A DNA stretch of 64,000 nucleotides from Candidatus Latescibacterota bacterium (GCA_965242865.1 CBDETK010000013.1:768001-832000), one strand, 5' to 3'; shown: positions 39,653 through 50,036, numbered from the stretch's first letter. Notes: a model not told the origin generated them from the letters alone. Numbers and translations: made by a program.

Positions 39653-40720
39653 TTGGCTTACCTGATCGCGCCCAAAGCCTTGCCGCGCTACGCCCGGCGC
39701 TACGCCCGCGTATTTTCTTGGCGGCGGCTCGTCAATTTTTTCGCCGTTTTGGCCTCCATGGTGCTGTCGTGGATGACCCGCCGGCCCATCGTGTGGGGCC
39801 GGCCTTTTATGCTGATGGTCGAGCCGACCAATTTCTGCAACCTCAAGTGCCCCTTGTGCCCTTCGGGCAACGGCCAGATGCGCCGCCCGCGAGGCTCTAT
39901 GGGCTTGGAGGACTTTAAGAAGTTGGTGGACGAACTCGGCAGCGAGGTCTTTATGATGATGCTGTGGAACCAAGGCGAGCCGTACATCAACAAGTGCTTC
40001 AACCAGATGGTGCGCTACGCCAGCGACCGCGGCATCTTCACCTTCACGAGCACCAACGGCCACTTCGTCCGCGCTCCCGAGCAGGCGCAGGCCATCGTCG
40101 AGTCCGGGCTAGACGAGATGATCGTCTCGCTGGACGGGGTCGATCAAGCTACGTACGAACGGTATCGGGTCGGCGGCCAGCTCGAGCGCGTCTTCTCCGG
40201 GGTCCGGCTGCTGGTCGCGGCCAAAGAGGCGCTGGGGTCGCAGACGCCCCTGATCAACTTGCAATTCATCGTTATGAAGCACAACGAGCGCGATCTGGCC
40301 ACGGCCGAAGCGCTGGCCAAGGACCTGCGCGTTGACAAGTTCTTGGTCAAGACCGCCCAAGTGTACACCGAGGCCGACGCCGAGGCGTTCTTGCCCGCGG
40401 ACGAACAGTACAGCCGCTACGAGCGCGCCGAGGGCGAATTAGCGGTCAAGGGGCAGCCCACGCGGGGTTGCAAGGTGCTGTGGTACAGTTCGATGGTCAA
40501 TTGGGATGGAGCGGTCGCGCCCTGCTGCTTTGACAAAGACGTCGATTTTGGCATGGGGCAGGCCTTCAATGGCCGGTCTTTTGACGCGATTTGGCGCAGC
40601 CGGGCCTATATGGACTTTCGCCGCCAAGTCCTCGCCGACCGCACTCGCTTTGATATGTGCCGCAACTGTTCCGAAGGCTACCGCGGCATGTTCTCCCTGA
40701 TCAAGGAAATCAAGGGCTGA
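39653..40720 (+). CDS. Radical SAM / SPASM(Twitch) domain protein
   Basis: AAGGAG RBS before TTG; CNLKCPLC, GEP and C-terminal C...PCCFD...CRNC. Confidence 0.9.
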   Translation: MAYLIAPKALPRYARRYARVFSWRRLVNFFAVLASMVLSWMTRRPIVWGRPFMLMVEPTNFCNLKCPLCPSGNGQMRRPRGSMGLEDFKKLVDELGSEVFMMMLWNQGEPYINKCFNQMVRYASDRGIFTFTSTNGHFVRAPEQAQAIVESGLDEMIVSLDGVDQATYERYRVGGQLERVFSGVRLLVAAKEALGSQTPLINLQFIVMKHNERDLATAEALAKDLRVDKFLVKTAQVYTEADAEAFLPADEQYSRYERAEGELAVKGQPTRGCKVLWYSSMVNWDGAVAPCCFDKDVDFGMGQAFNGRSFDAIWRSRAYMDFRRQVLADRTRFDMCRNCSEGYRGMFSLIKEIKG

Positions 40721-41895
40721 TGCCCGAAACCCTCTTGATGTCCTGTGCGCTGGCCTACTTGCTCGGGGCTTGTTGGTTCGTCGCTGGGATGCGCCGGTCC
40801 GCCCGGGCCGCCCAGGCCGTCCACGCCGCCCATGCCGCGCGCGTCCGGTCGGTCTCGGTCGTCGTGGCCGCGCGCGACGAAGCCACCCACATCGCCTCCT
40901 GCCTGCGCGCCCTGCTGGCGCAGGATTACTCCCGAGAACTCTACGAAATCATCGTCGTGGACGACGGTTCCACCGATGGCACGGGCCACGTCGTGCGCGA
41001 GTTCAGTGGGGGGAGTGCGTCCGTGCGCTTGCTGCGAACCGAAGGGCCGGGTTCCAAGAAAGCCGCGCTCAGTTTGGGGATCGCCCGAGCGCGGGGCGAG
41101 GTGATTTTGACCACGGATGCGGACTGCGAGGTCGCGCCGGGCTGGATCCGCGGCATGGTGGCGCACTTTGACGACGGGGTGGGCATGGTCATCGGCTGTT
41201 CGCAAATCGGCTCGCCGGCCGAGATTAAGGGGGGGCGTCAGGGCTACGAGGCCGTTGATTTCACCTGCTTGATGGCCTGTATCTGGGGCAGTGCCGGGTG
41301 GGGCCATCCCATGGCGGCTTCCGGGCAGAATTTGGCCTTTTTGCGGGAGGCGTTTTTCGACGTGGGCGGCTATAAAGAAATCATGCACCGGGCTTCGGGC
41401 GACGATGTGCTGCTCATGCAGGCCATGCGCCGCTCGGGCCGGTGGTCCGTGGTTTTTGCCAGCCATCCCGCGACCTTTGTGCGCCATCCGGTGGCCGCGT
41501 CGTGGGGGGCGTTATTCGGCCAGCGCAGCCGCTGGGCCTCCAATGCCCCGCTGCTCGCTCGCCTCGACCCGCTCTTTTTTGGCTACATGCTGCTCACCTA
41601 CACTTTGAACTGGGCAATGCTGCTCGCCCCGCTGCTGTGCTGGGCCGGCTTGCTAAATCCCCTGTGGGCCTTGGTCATGGTGGGGGCGAAAGGGGTGGGG
41701 GAGTGGGGGGTATTTAGCGGCGGCGTATTGCTGTCGGGCCGGCGCGAGTTGCGCCGCTATTTACCGCTTTGGCTCTTGTTGCAACCCCTGCACGTAATTT
41801 TGGTCGGCAGCGTTGGCTGCTTGGGGATTTTTCGCTGGAAGGGCCGCATCCACCTGTGGGGCCGGCGCGTCCAACTATCTCAGTCCCGCCGCTGA
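40720..41895 (+). CDS. Membrane GT2 glycosyltransferase (second)
   Basis: AARDE, VDDGSTD, TDADC, SGDD and QRSRW. Confidence 0.9.
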   Translation: MPETLLMSCALAYLLGACWFVAGMRRSARAAQAVHAAHAARVRSVSVVVAARDEATHIASCLRALLAQDYSRELYEIIVVDDGSTDGTGHVVREFSGGSASVRLLRTEGPGSKKAALSLGIARARGEVILTTDADCEVAPGWIRGMVAHFDDGVGMVIGCSQIGSPAEIKGGRQGYEAVDFTCLMACIWGSAGWGHPMAASGQNLAFLREAFFDVGGYKEIMHRASGDDVLLMQAMRRSGRWSVVFASHPATFVRHPVAASWGALFGQRSRWASNAPLLARLDPLFFGYMLLTYTLNWAMLLAPLLCWAGLLNPLWALVMVGAKGVGEWGVFSGGVLLSGRRELRRYLPLWLLLQPLHVILVGSVGCLGIFRWKGRIHLWGRRVQLSQSRR

Positions 41896-41909
41896 CGAGG
41901 GAAGCCTAC

Positions 41910-42560
41910 GTGGGGACGCACAAAGGCGACCGAGCCCAAATCGTCTGCCGAGCCTTAGAGAAAACCATTCCCCAAGCGAGAGTGGAGCTCAACTACGGCA
42001 ATGCCTTAGAGCTGATGGTGGCGACCCTGCTCGCGGCGCAGAGCACGGATGTCAAGGTCAACGAAGTCACGGCCGGGCTGTTCAAAAAATACCAGTGCGC
42101 GGCCGACTACGTGGCGGTGGCGGTCGAGGAGCTGGAGGAGGATATTCGGCCAACCGGCTTCTACCGGCAAAAGGCCAAGCATATCCGCGCGGCCATGGGG
42201 ATGCTCCTCGCCGAGCACGACGGCCAAGTCCCCGGGCAGATGGACGCCTTGCTTGGCTTGCCCGGCATTGGTCGCAAGAGCGCGAATGTCATCCTCGGCA
42301 ACGTGTATGGCGTGCCCGGCATCGTGGTCGATACGCATGTCGGGCGGGTGAGTCGGCGCTTGGGGCTGACCGCAGCAACGGACCCAGTCAAAGTCGAAAG
42401 GGCCTTGGCCCTACTGCTGCCGCCCGAAGAGTGGACGGCGTTTGGGCAGCGCGTGGTTTTGCACGGCCGCTACGTGTGCAAGGCGCGCAAGCCCCGGTGC
42501 GACGAGTGCGTCCTCATGCCGCATTGCGATTATTTTGCCAGCCAACCGGCGGGCATTTAG
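41910..42560 (+). CDS. nth: Endonuclease III
   Basis: LLAAQSTD, HhH motif LPGIGRKSAN, VDTHV and 4Fe-4S C-x6-C-x2-C-x5-C. Confidence 0.93.
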   Translation: MGTHKGDRAQIVCRALEKTIPQARVELNYGNALELMVATLLAAQSTDVKVNEVTAGLFKKYQCAADYVAVAVEELEEDIRPTGFYRQKAKHIRAAMGMLLAEHDGQVPGQMDALLGLPGIGRKSANVILGNVYGVPGIVVDTHVGRVSRRLGLTAATDPVKVERALALLLPPEEWTAFGQRVVLHGRYVCKARKPRCDECVLMPHCDYFASQPAGI

Positions 42561-43837
42561 GAACGCCGTTGCGGCAGGCGCTTGAGGACGGCGATTATTT
42601 CGGCCGGCGTTTGCGAGGCGAGCATATCGCGGTGGGCCGCGTCCGTGTGCATCAAGGTTGCAATCTGCGCTAGGATGGGGATGTAGCTGCGGTAGTTTTG
42701 CTCTGGGGTCAGCAGCAAGAAGATGAAGTGGACCGGCTCGTTGCTGGGGCTTTCAAAATCAATGCCTTGGGGGCAAATCCCCAGACAGCCGATGATGCCG
42801 GGCAGGTCTGGGATGGGCGCGTGGGGGATGGCGGTGCCGTGCCCGAGTGCGGTCGATCCTTTGCGCTCGCGGTCGAGCGCGGCTGCGAGCACGGTCTGGC
42901 GTTCGCTGAGGGGGATTTGTTTCTCTTCGATGAGGGCATCGACCATCTGGGCGATGGCGTCCCATTTGTCTTTGGGGGTGAGGTCTAAGCGGATGGTGTG
43001 TTCCCAGAAAATGCGACTCAGCTGCAGGTCGTTGGCCGCAGCCGAGCGGACCATGAGCACCGAACAGGGCACCTGATAGGCGATTTCGTCGGGGATGGAG
43101 CCGGCGAGATGTTCGTCTTGACGCCAGTCGTTGGACGCGCCGAGTACGATCAAATCGTGGTTTTGCGCTCTGGCGACGATGGCCGGGACCACCGTGCTGG
43201 CCGGGACCACCGCGAGCGGCGCGTCGATATTCAGCAGGTCTAGCTGCAAGCGCGTGTCTGCGGCTAGCTGGGAACAGTAGCGCTGGAGGATCGGGTCGGA
43301 CGGGTCGCGGGGGTCGCGCACGATGCGGAGGATTTCTAGCTCAGCGCCCCAAGTTCGGGCCAGATCGTAGGCGATCTGCACGCCTACCAGCGCGTGATTG
43401 CCCCCGCCAAAGGGCACGAGAATCCGGCGCACCGGCCCGCTCTTCTTTTCCTTAAAGATCAAGGTATCTACGTCAATGGCCTTGGTCAGGGCGCGATTGG
43501 GGGCGGATAGGATGGCGTCGCGCTCGACCTTGGCATTCCAAGCCATGAGCATCATGTTGCAGCTCCAGCGGCGGACCGCCCGCTGAATTCCGCTCGTCAC
43601 GTCCGCGTCTTTTTCCAAATGGGCGATGGCGCCGATGTCGTGGACCATGGCCCGGTCGACCGAAACTTGGAGGGCCTGTTCTATATCGGGGCGCGGCTTT
43701 GCATCGGGCGTCAGGATGTGGGTCAAGTGCAACTCGCCCCAAGGCGAAAGGGCGAGGGTCGCCGCCAAATCCACGAGCTTGTGCTGTTGGTGCGGGTTTT
43801 CGAGGGGGACCAGAATGCGAAGTTGAGCAGGCGACAT
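42557..43837 (-). CDS. Tandem universal-stress (USP) domains fused to a PTS EIIA(Ntr/Fru)-like domain
   Basis: RILVP twice, DLIVLG..GS USP motif and RE..GST..G.G.AIPHA EIIA phospho-His motif. Confidence 0.85.
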   Translation of the reverse strand: MSPAQLRILVPLENPHQQHKLVDLAATLALSPWGELHLTHILTPDAKPRPDIEQALQVSVDRAMVHDIGAIAHLEKDADVTSGIQRAVRRWSCNMMLMAWNAKVERDAILSAPNRALTKAIDVDTLIFKEKKSGPVRRILVPFGGGNHALVGVQIAYDLARTWGAELEILRIVRDPRDPSDPILQRYCSQLAADTRLQLDLLNIDAPLAVVPASTVVPAIVARAQNHDLIVLGASNDWRQDEHLAGSIPDEIAYQVPCSVLMVRSAAANDLQLSRIFWEHTIRLDLTPKDKWDAIAQMVDALIEEKQIPLSERQTVLAAALDRERKGSTALGHGTAIPHAPIPDLPGIIGCLGICPQGIDFESPSNEPVHFIFLLLTPEQNYRSYIPILAQIATLMHTDAAHRDMLASQTPAEIIAVLKRLPQRRS

Positions 43838-44011
43838 CTTAGGTGTGAGGCATCAGCCTAGGCAGTACTCAGTAGCATGTATTTAATGTAAATCAAATAT
43901 AAAACAGACCGCCATCTTTTCCACCTCCTTTGTCCTCTTTTGTCGCTGGGGCGGGGTTGCCAGCGGCCGTGGGGTGCGGTTTGTTGTAAGCCATTCAACC
44001 GGGAGGTTTGC

Positions 44012-44989
44012 GTGAAGATATTGATTACGGGCATTACCGGCCGCATTGGCGTCAACTTGGCCAACCAACTCGTCGAGCGCGGTCATCGCCTCCGCGGGCT
44101 GGTCTGGCCGCGCGACCCGCGCGTGGAAAATCTCAAGCAGATGCAGGTCGAACTCGTCGAGGGAAGTTTGACTGAGCCGACGACCGTTGAGCAAGCAGTT
44201 GAGGGCGTCGAGGCCGTCTATCACTTGGGGGCGGCCTTTCAGGGCGGCGGTCCCTTTACCGACGAGGAGTTTTTTGAGATCAACGTGCGCGGGACCTTCA
44301 ACATGCTGGAGGCCGTGCGCCGAGCGCAGGGAATCGGCCAGTTCCTATTCGCCAGCACGGACGCGATATACGACAAGTACATCCCCGGGGGCATGACCGC
44401 GCCCATTGACGAACAGACGCCGCGCGTGCCCCGGGGCGCGTATGCCCTGACGAAGGCCCTCGGCGAGGAATTGTGTACCGGCTATTGGCACAGCTACCAA
44501 GTGCCGACGACCATTCTGCGCTTCGCCATGGTGCGGGCGGCCGACGAAATTTTGGACTTTCCCCAGTTCTACTTGAGCAAGATGAAAGAGACGCACCCGG
44601 AGTTGGCGGCCTTGTGGCAGGGCCGAGAGTGCGCGGTGCTGCTCAAAGACCGGCGCGGTCGCCCGTTCAAAAAGCACATCGCCGACGTGCGCGACATCGC
44701 GCATGGCTGCCTCTGCGCCTTGGGCAAAGAAAGGGCGCTGGGCGAGACCTTCCAGCTCGCGGGGCCGCGCCCGTTCACTTGGGACGAGGTGAGTTACCGG
44801 CTCGCTGAATTGTGCGACCTGCCCCACGTTGAAGCGGCCGTACAGGGCACGCCTACGTTCTACGAATTCAACCTGCGCAAGGCCGAGGAATATTTGGGAT
44901 TTAGCCCGCGGTACGATGTCGTGCGGATGATCGTCGATGCGCTCAGCTATCAGCGGGGGGAGGATATTGGGGTGTTGCCGCATGGTTGA
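44012..44989 (+). CDS. NAD-dependent epimerase/dehydratase
   Basis: TGITGRIG Rossmann motif and YxxxK (YALTK). Confidence 0.88.
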   Translation: MKILITGITGRIGVNLANQLVERGHRLRGLVWPRDPRVENLKQMQVELVEGSLTEPTTVEQAVEGVEAVYHLGAAFQGGGPFTDEEFFEINVRGTFNMLEAVRRAQGIGQFLFASTDAIYDKYIPGGMTAPIDEQTPRVPRGAYALTKALGEELCTGYWHSYQVPTTILRFAMVRAADEILDFPQFYLSKMKETHPELAALWQGRECAVLLKDRRGRPFKKHIADVRDIAHGCLCALGKERALGETFQLAGPRPFTWDEVSYRLAELCDLPHVEAAVQGTPTFYEFNLRKAEEYLGFSPRYDVVRMIVDALSYQRGEDIGVLPHG

Positions 44990-45065
44990 GGATTGGGGAT
45001 CGTGGAGCAGCGCTCAGCACGGGGGCTGAGCGCTACGGGGCTATGTGTTGCCGTATGGTTGGGGG

Positions 45066-45434
45066 TTAGGTTTCGTGGGGGACCAGTTCTGCGGCGATGG
45101 CGGCTAGGACGTCTTCGGTGCGGAAGGGCTTGTAGAAAATGGGGCATCCCTTGAGGGCTTGCAGGACTTCCTGCAGCTCGTCGGATGAATGCCTTTGGCG
45201 CGAGAGGAAGGCGATCAGCTTGGTAGGGTCGAGCAAGCTCAGCGCCGTGAGAAAGGGGGTGGGGTCGTCCACCTCGACTCCTAAGAGGACTAAGTCTGGG
45301 GCGTTGAGGCGATAGTGGTCGAGCCCGGCGGCTAGTTGGTTGGCGACTTGGACCTGATAGCCGGACCGCTTGAGCAATCCGGCGAGGGTCGCCCCGAATA
45401 CGGGATTGCGGTCGATGATCAGGATTTTGTACAA
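45066..45434 (-). CDS. Single-domain response-regulator-like protein (atypical receiver)
   Basis: KILIID, PDLVLLG (the expected phospho-Asp position appears to be Gly) and KPF. Confidence 0.75.
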   Translation of the reverse strand: MYKILIIDRNPVFGATLAGLLKRSGYQVQVANQLAAGLDHYRLNAPDLVLLGVEVDDPTPFLTALSLLDPTKLIAFLSRQRHSSDELQEVLQALKGCPIFYKPFRTEDVLAAIAAELVPHET

Positions 45435-45527
45435 TGCTTTGACTCGGGGCGGATTGGCGGCCGGTACAGCGGCTTACGGCCTAAAAAATTAAGCGGTGGC
45501 CCCAACCTGTGCAAGACGGGGAATCGT

Positions 45528-45556
45528 TTGACAACGCCAGATACGTCGGCTATACT
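45528..45556 (+). promoter_or_regulatory. sigma70-like promoter of the amidohydrolase operon
   Basis: TTGACA-N17-TATACT. Confidence 0.75.
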
Positions 45557-45581
45557 GGCCGACCCGAAAAGACGGAGATGT

Positions 45582-46943
45582 ATGCGGAGCAAAGAAGAGT
45601 TAAAGGCGGCGGCCTGCGCGGCCATCGACCAGCACAGTGCGCGGATCATCGGGCTGGGAGAAGCCATCATGGACCAACCCGAATTGGGCTTTAAGGAGGA
45701 CCAGACAGCCCACCGGGTCTGCGAAAGTTTTGCCGAGCTCGGCTTGCCGTACGAGCGGGAACTGGCACTGACCGGGGTGAAGGCCCGGCTCAAAGGACGC
45801 CCGGCCGGGCCGACGGTCGCGCTGATGGGCGAACTCGACGCGCTCATCGTGCCCGATCACCCGCGCGCCGACCCGGCCACCGGAGCGGCCCACGCCTGCG
45901 GGCACAACGCCCAGATCGCCGGGTTGGTCGGGGCCGCTTATGGGCTGGTCGAAGCTGGCGTGGGCGAGGAACTCGCCGGAGAAGTCGCGTTTTTCGCCGT
46001 GCCGGCCGAAGAGTACGTCGAGATAGACTACCGCTTGGGGTTGGTTGAGGAAGGCAAAATCGCGTTTCTCGGGGGCAAGCCCGAGTTGGTCGAACTGGGT
46101 CATTTCGACGACGTAGATATGGCCGTGATGATCCACACCAGCAGTTCCAGCTCGGCCCAAAGCGAGGGAGCGGTCGGAATCGCCCGGTCGTCCAATGGCT
46201 TCTTGGCCAAAAACGTGCGGTTCATTGGCCGGGCCGCCCACGCGGGCGGTGCGCCCGACAAGGGCGTCAACGCGCTCAGCGCGGCCACGCTGGCCCTCAG
46301 CGCGATTGACGCGCAGCGCGAAACCTTTCGCGACCAAGACTGCGTGCGGGTGCATCCGATCATTACGAAGGGGGGCGATCTGGTCAACATCATCCCGGCC
46401 GAGGTGCGGCTAGAAACCTACGTCCGCGCCCGCACCGCCGCGGCCATGCTCGATGCCGCGCACAAGGTCGATCGGGCGCTGCGGGGGGCGGCGGTCGCCC
46501 TCGGCTGTGCGGTCGAAATCGAAACCGTGCCCGGCTACCTGCCGCTGCACAATGATCCCGCCTTGGGGCAGCTTTTTAAGGACAATGCCGCGCGCATTTT
46601 CGGTGCTGATCAGTACCGGGATTATCCCCACGGCGGCGGCTCCACGGACGCGGGCGACCTCAGTCAGATCATGCCCGTGCTACACCCGGCCATGACCGGG
46701 GCCTGCGGCGCGGTCCACGGCCCCGATTGGCGCATCGCCGACCCGGCTGCGGGATACCTCGCTCCGGCCAAGGTCTTGGCCATGATGGCCATTGACCTGC
46801 TGTACGGGGATGCGGCTGCGGCCGCGAGCATCCTGCAAAATCACGTGCCCAACCTGAGCAAGGGCGAATATCTCCAACAGCAAAAGGCACTCTTTCACCG
46901 GGAGCACTTCGCCGGTGAACAAACCGGGAGGAATGCAACGTGA
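45582..46943 (+). CDS. M20 family amidohydrolase (AbgB/ACY1L2-like)
   Basis: PELGFKE, ELDAL, HACGHN, PAEE and GSTD.G. Confidence 0.9.
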   Translation: MRSKEELKAAACAAIDQHSARIIGLGEAIMDQPELGFKEDQTAHRVCESFAELGLPYERELALTGVKARLKGRPAGPTVALMGELDALIVPDHPRADPATGAAHACGHNAQIAGLVGAAYGLVEAGVGEELAGEVAFFAVPAEEYVEIDYRLGLVEEGKIAFLGGKPELVELGHFDDVDMAVMIHTSSSSSAQSEGAVGIARSSNGFLAKNVRFIGRAAHAGGAPDKGVNALSAATLALSAIDAQRETFRDQDCVRVHPIITKGGDLVNIIPAEVRLETYVRARTAAAMLDAAHKVDRALRGAAVALGCAVEIETVPGYLPLHNDPALGQLFKDNAARIFGADQYRDYPHGGGSTDAGDLSQIMPVLHPAMTGACGAVHGPDWRIADPAAGYLAPAKVLAMMAIDLLYGDAAAAASILQNHVPNLSKGEYLQQQKALFHREHFAGEQTGRNAT

Positions 46944-47704
46944 AGCTCGGCATGGTGACCTACAACTTGGGCCGCGACTGGGATTTAGAGACCCTGATTG
47001 CCCATTGCGAAGAGACTAATTTTTCCGGCGTGGAGCTGCGGACTACCCATGCCCACGGCGTCGAAACATCGCTCAGTGCGGCCGAGCGGGGCGAGGTCAA
47101 GCGGCGCTTTGCCGACTCCGCGGTCGAACTGGTCGGGTTGGGCAGTGCCTTTGAATACGACGCGGTCGACCCGCAGGTGCTCCGCAGCCACATCGACGGG
47201 ACCAAAGAGTACGTGCGCTTGGCCCGCGATCTCGGCGTCGGCGGCGTCAAAGTGCGCCCCAACAACGTCCACGTAGATGAGGGGATCCCCATCAAGCAGA
47301 CCTTGGAGCAGATCGGCGTCAGCTTGCGCGAGTGCGGCGAATTCGCCGGCGACCTAGGGGTGCAAATCCGCTTGGAGGTCCACGGCCGCACGACTTCGGA
47401 TCCGGCCAACATTCGCGCGATCCTCGACTATGCCGACCACGACAACGTCTTCGTCTGCTGGAATTCCAATGCGACGGACCTAGTCGACGGGTCTATCGAC
47501 GGCAGTTTTGCCGCCTTGCAGGACGCCATTGCCTTGGTCCACATTACCGAGTTGTGGAGCGATTACCCGTGGCAGCGGCTCTTCGCGCTGCTGCGGCAGA
47601 GCGGGTACACCGGGTATTGTCTCGCCGAAATCCCCGAAAGCCCACAGCCGCTGCGGCTCATGCGCTACTATCGAGCCTTGTGGCAGGCCCTGGCCCACGG
47701 CTAG
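46940..47704 (+). CDS. Sugar phosphate isomerase/epimerase (AP endonuclease 2 TIM barrel)
   Basis: GVELR, LEVHG, VHI and GY.G...E pattern. Confidence 0.8.
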   Translation: MKLGMVTYNLGRDWDLETLIAHCEETNFSGVELRTTHAHGVETSLSAAERGEVKRRFADSAVELVGLGSAFEYDAVDPQVLRSHIDGTKEYVRLARDLGVGGVKVRPNNVHVDEGIPIKQTLEQIGVSLRECGEFAGDLGVQIRLEVHGRTTSDPANIRAILDYADHDNVFVCWNSNATDLVDGSIDGSFAALQDAIALVHITELWSDYPWQRLFALLRQSGYTGYCLAEIPESPQPLRLMRYYRALWQALAHG

Positions 47705-47707
47705 CGC

Positions 47708-48553
47708 ATGCCTGAGATCGCTTACGTCAATGGCCGCTTCGGTCCATTGGCCGAAGCCGTGGTATCGGTCGAGGACCGGGGCTATCAGTTCGCCGATGGC
47801 GTCTATGAGGTCGTTGCCGCTTACGGCGGATGCCCTTACGCCTTAGAGCCGCATTTGACGCGCCTCCAGCGCAACCTAAAGGCACTGCACTTGCCGTTGG
47901 ATATCCGCCAATACGGCCTTAGAGCCAAGCTGCTGGAGGGCCTTGAGCGGAGCGGTTTTAGCGAGGCATTGATTTACATCCAAGTTACGCGCGGGGTCGC
48001 GCCTAGGCAGCACGAATTTCCCGCGGTCCCGGTCGCGCCCACCGTCGTAATGACCTTTAAGAAGCTGCATGGCCGACCGCCGGCCCTCTACGACCGCGGC
48101 GTCGAGGTCATTAGCACCCAAGACTTGCGCTGGAAGCGCTGCGATATTAAGAGCATCGCCTTGCTGCCCAACATCTTGGCCAAACAGGCGGCCGTGCAAG
48201 CGGGGGCCTTTGAGGCCCTGCTGGTCGATGCGGCTGGCCGGGTCACCGAAGGGGCTTCGACCAGTGCCTTCTGCGTCCGGGCCGGCCGCCTGCATACCGC
48301 GCCCATCGGCTGCCACATCCTGCCGAGTATCACGAGGGGGATTCTCCTCGACTTGGCCCGCCAACTCGGCATTCCCATTGAAGAAGAATTTTGTACGCTG
48401 GCCCAATTTAAGGCCGCCGATGAGGTCTTTATTGCCGGCACGACCTTGGAGGCCATGCCGGTCGTGCGCATTGACGATGCCGTCATCGGCGCGGGGTCCC
48501 CGGGGCCGATCGCGCAGCAGATCCGCGCCGCGTTTCTAGATTCCCTGACCTGA
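47708..48553 (+). CDS. Class IV PLP aminotransferase (D-amino acid aminotransferase-like)
   Basis: DRGYQFADGVYE, H..RL, RCDIKS..LL.N, TEG and ILPSITR. Confidence 0.88.
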   Translation: MPEIAYVNGRFGPLAEAVVSVEDRGYQFADGVYEVVAAYGGCPYALEPHLTRLQRNLKALHLPLDIRQYGLRAKLLEGLERSGFSEALIYIQVTRGVAPRQHEFPAVPVAPTVVMTFKKLHGRPPALYDRGVEVISTQDLRWKRCDIKSIALLPNILAKQAAVQAGAFEALLVDAAGRVTEGASTSAFCVRAGRLHTAPIGCHILPSITRGILLDLARQLGIPIEEEFCTLAQFKAADEVFIAGTTLEAMPVVRIDDAVIGAGSPGPIAQQIRAAFLDSLT

Positions 48554-48568
48554 AAGGGCCGGGGGTAC

Positions 48569-48610
48569 AAAAAAGGGGGGGACGCTCAATCGGCGCGTCC
48601 CCCCCTTTTT
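48569..48610. terminator. Bidirectional Rho-independent terminator
   Basis: AAAAAAGGGGGGGACGC...GCGTCCCCCCCTTTTT between convergent genes. Confidence 0.85.
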
Positions 48611-48626
48611 GTGCCCGGCTAGCGGT

Positions 48627-50036
48627 TTAATGGATGACGACCATCTTGGTTTCGGTCATTTCCTCGACCGCGTAGCGAGGCCCTTCTTTGCCCATGCCGC
48701 TTTCCTTGAGGCCGCCGTAAGGCATCAGATCCGCCCGCCACTGCGTGCCCCAGTTGATGTGGATGTTGCCCGATTCGACCTGCTGGGCAAATTGGAGTGC
48801 CCAGTTGAGGTTCTCGGTGAAAATCGCGGCGCTGAGACCGTAGTTGGTGTCGTTGGCCATGGCGATGGCTTGGTCGATGTCGTCGATCCGGCTGATGCCG
48901 AGGGCCGGCCCGAAAACCTCGTCGCAGGAGACCTTCATCTCCGGGGCCACATCGGCGAGGACCGTTGGGGCGAACATCGTGCCCTCGCGGGTGCCGCCAG
49001 TGACGATGCTGGCCCCCGCGCCAACGGCTTCGCGCACCCAAGAATCGACGCGCTCGGCGTCTTGGACGCGGATCATAGGCCCCATTTTGACGTCGTCGTC
49101 GAGGGGATTGCCGGTCGTCAGGGCTTCGACCGCGGGTTTGAGGGCGTCGATAAAATCCCCATACACCGCGCTGCTGGCGAATACCCGCTGCGTTGAGATG
49201 CAGACTTGACCGGCGTTGGCAAAGCCGGTGTTGGCGGTGGCGGCCGCGACCTTGTCGAGGTCGGCGTCCGGCATGACGATCAGCGGGGAATTGGACCCTA
49301 GCTCCATGGTCACCTTCTTGAGGCCCGCGACCTGACAGATGCGTTCGCCCACGTCGCGGCTGCCCGTAAAGCTGATTTTGCGGACCTTGGCATTGGCACT
49401 GATCGCGTCGCCAATGACGCTGCCCGAGCCGGTGACGCATTGGATCGCTTCGGCCGGCAGGCCGGCCTCGAGGAAAATCTCGGTTAGTTTGAGGGCCGAA
49501 AGCGGGGTGTCGCTGGCCGGCTTGACGAGGATCGCGTTGCCGGCCGCCAGCGCCGGGCCGACTTTGTGGCAGACGAGGTTGAGCGGGAAGTTAAAGGGCG
49601 TAATGGCCGCTACGACGCCACAGGGGACCCGTAGCGTAAAGCCGAATTTGCCCGCCCCATTAGAAGCTCCGCTCAGGTCGAGGGTTTCGCCCGTCAGGCG
49701 CTTGGCTTCCTCGGCTGCGAGGACGATGGTCTCTTGGGCGCGGGCCGCCTCGCCCATGCCCTCGGCGAGAATTTTGCCCTCTTCGAGGGTAATTGTGCGC
49801 CCTAGGTCGTCGAGCCGTGCCAGCATTAGATCGGCCGCTCGATGAATGATCTGGTAGCGCTCAAAGGCACTCATTGCGGCCATGACCTTGGCGCCGCGTT
49901 GGGCCGAGTCAATGGCGCGGTTGATGTCGGCGGCATCGCCTCGGGGGACGGTGTCGACGACCGAGCCATCGTAGGGATTGACGACGTCCATGGCGTCGGC
50001 TTTGTCAACCCATTCTCCGGCAATGTACATCTTCAT
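48627..50036 (-). CDS. Aldehyde dehydrogenase family protein
   Basis: ITPFNFP, KPA, FTGS, MELG, GQVC and EVFGP. Confidence 0.93.
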   Translation of the reverse strand: MKMYIAGEWVDKADAMDVVNPYDGSVVDTVPRGDAADINRAIDSAQRGAKVMAAMSAFERYQIIHRAADLMLARLDDLGRTITLEEGKILAEGMGEAARAQETIVLAAEEAKRLTGETLDLSGASNGAGKFGFTLRVPCGVVAAITPFNFPLNLVCHKVGPALAAGNAILVKPASDTPLSALKLTEIFLEAGLPAEAIQCVTGSGSVIGDAISANAKVRKISFTGSRDVGERICQVAGLKKVTMELGSNSPLIVMPDADLDKVAAATANTGFANAGQVCISTQRVFASSAVYGDFIDALKPAVEALTTGNPLDDDVKMGPMIRVQDAERVDSWVREAVGAGASIVTGGTREGTMFAPTVLADVAPEMKVSCDEVFGPALGISRIDDIDQAIAMANDTNYGLSAAIFTENLNWALQFAQQVESGNIHINWGTQWRADLMPYGGLKESGMGKEGPRYAVEEMTETKMVVIH

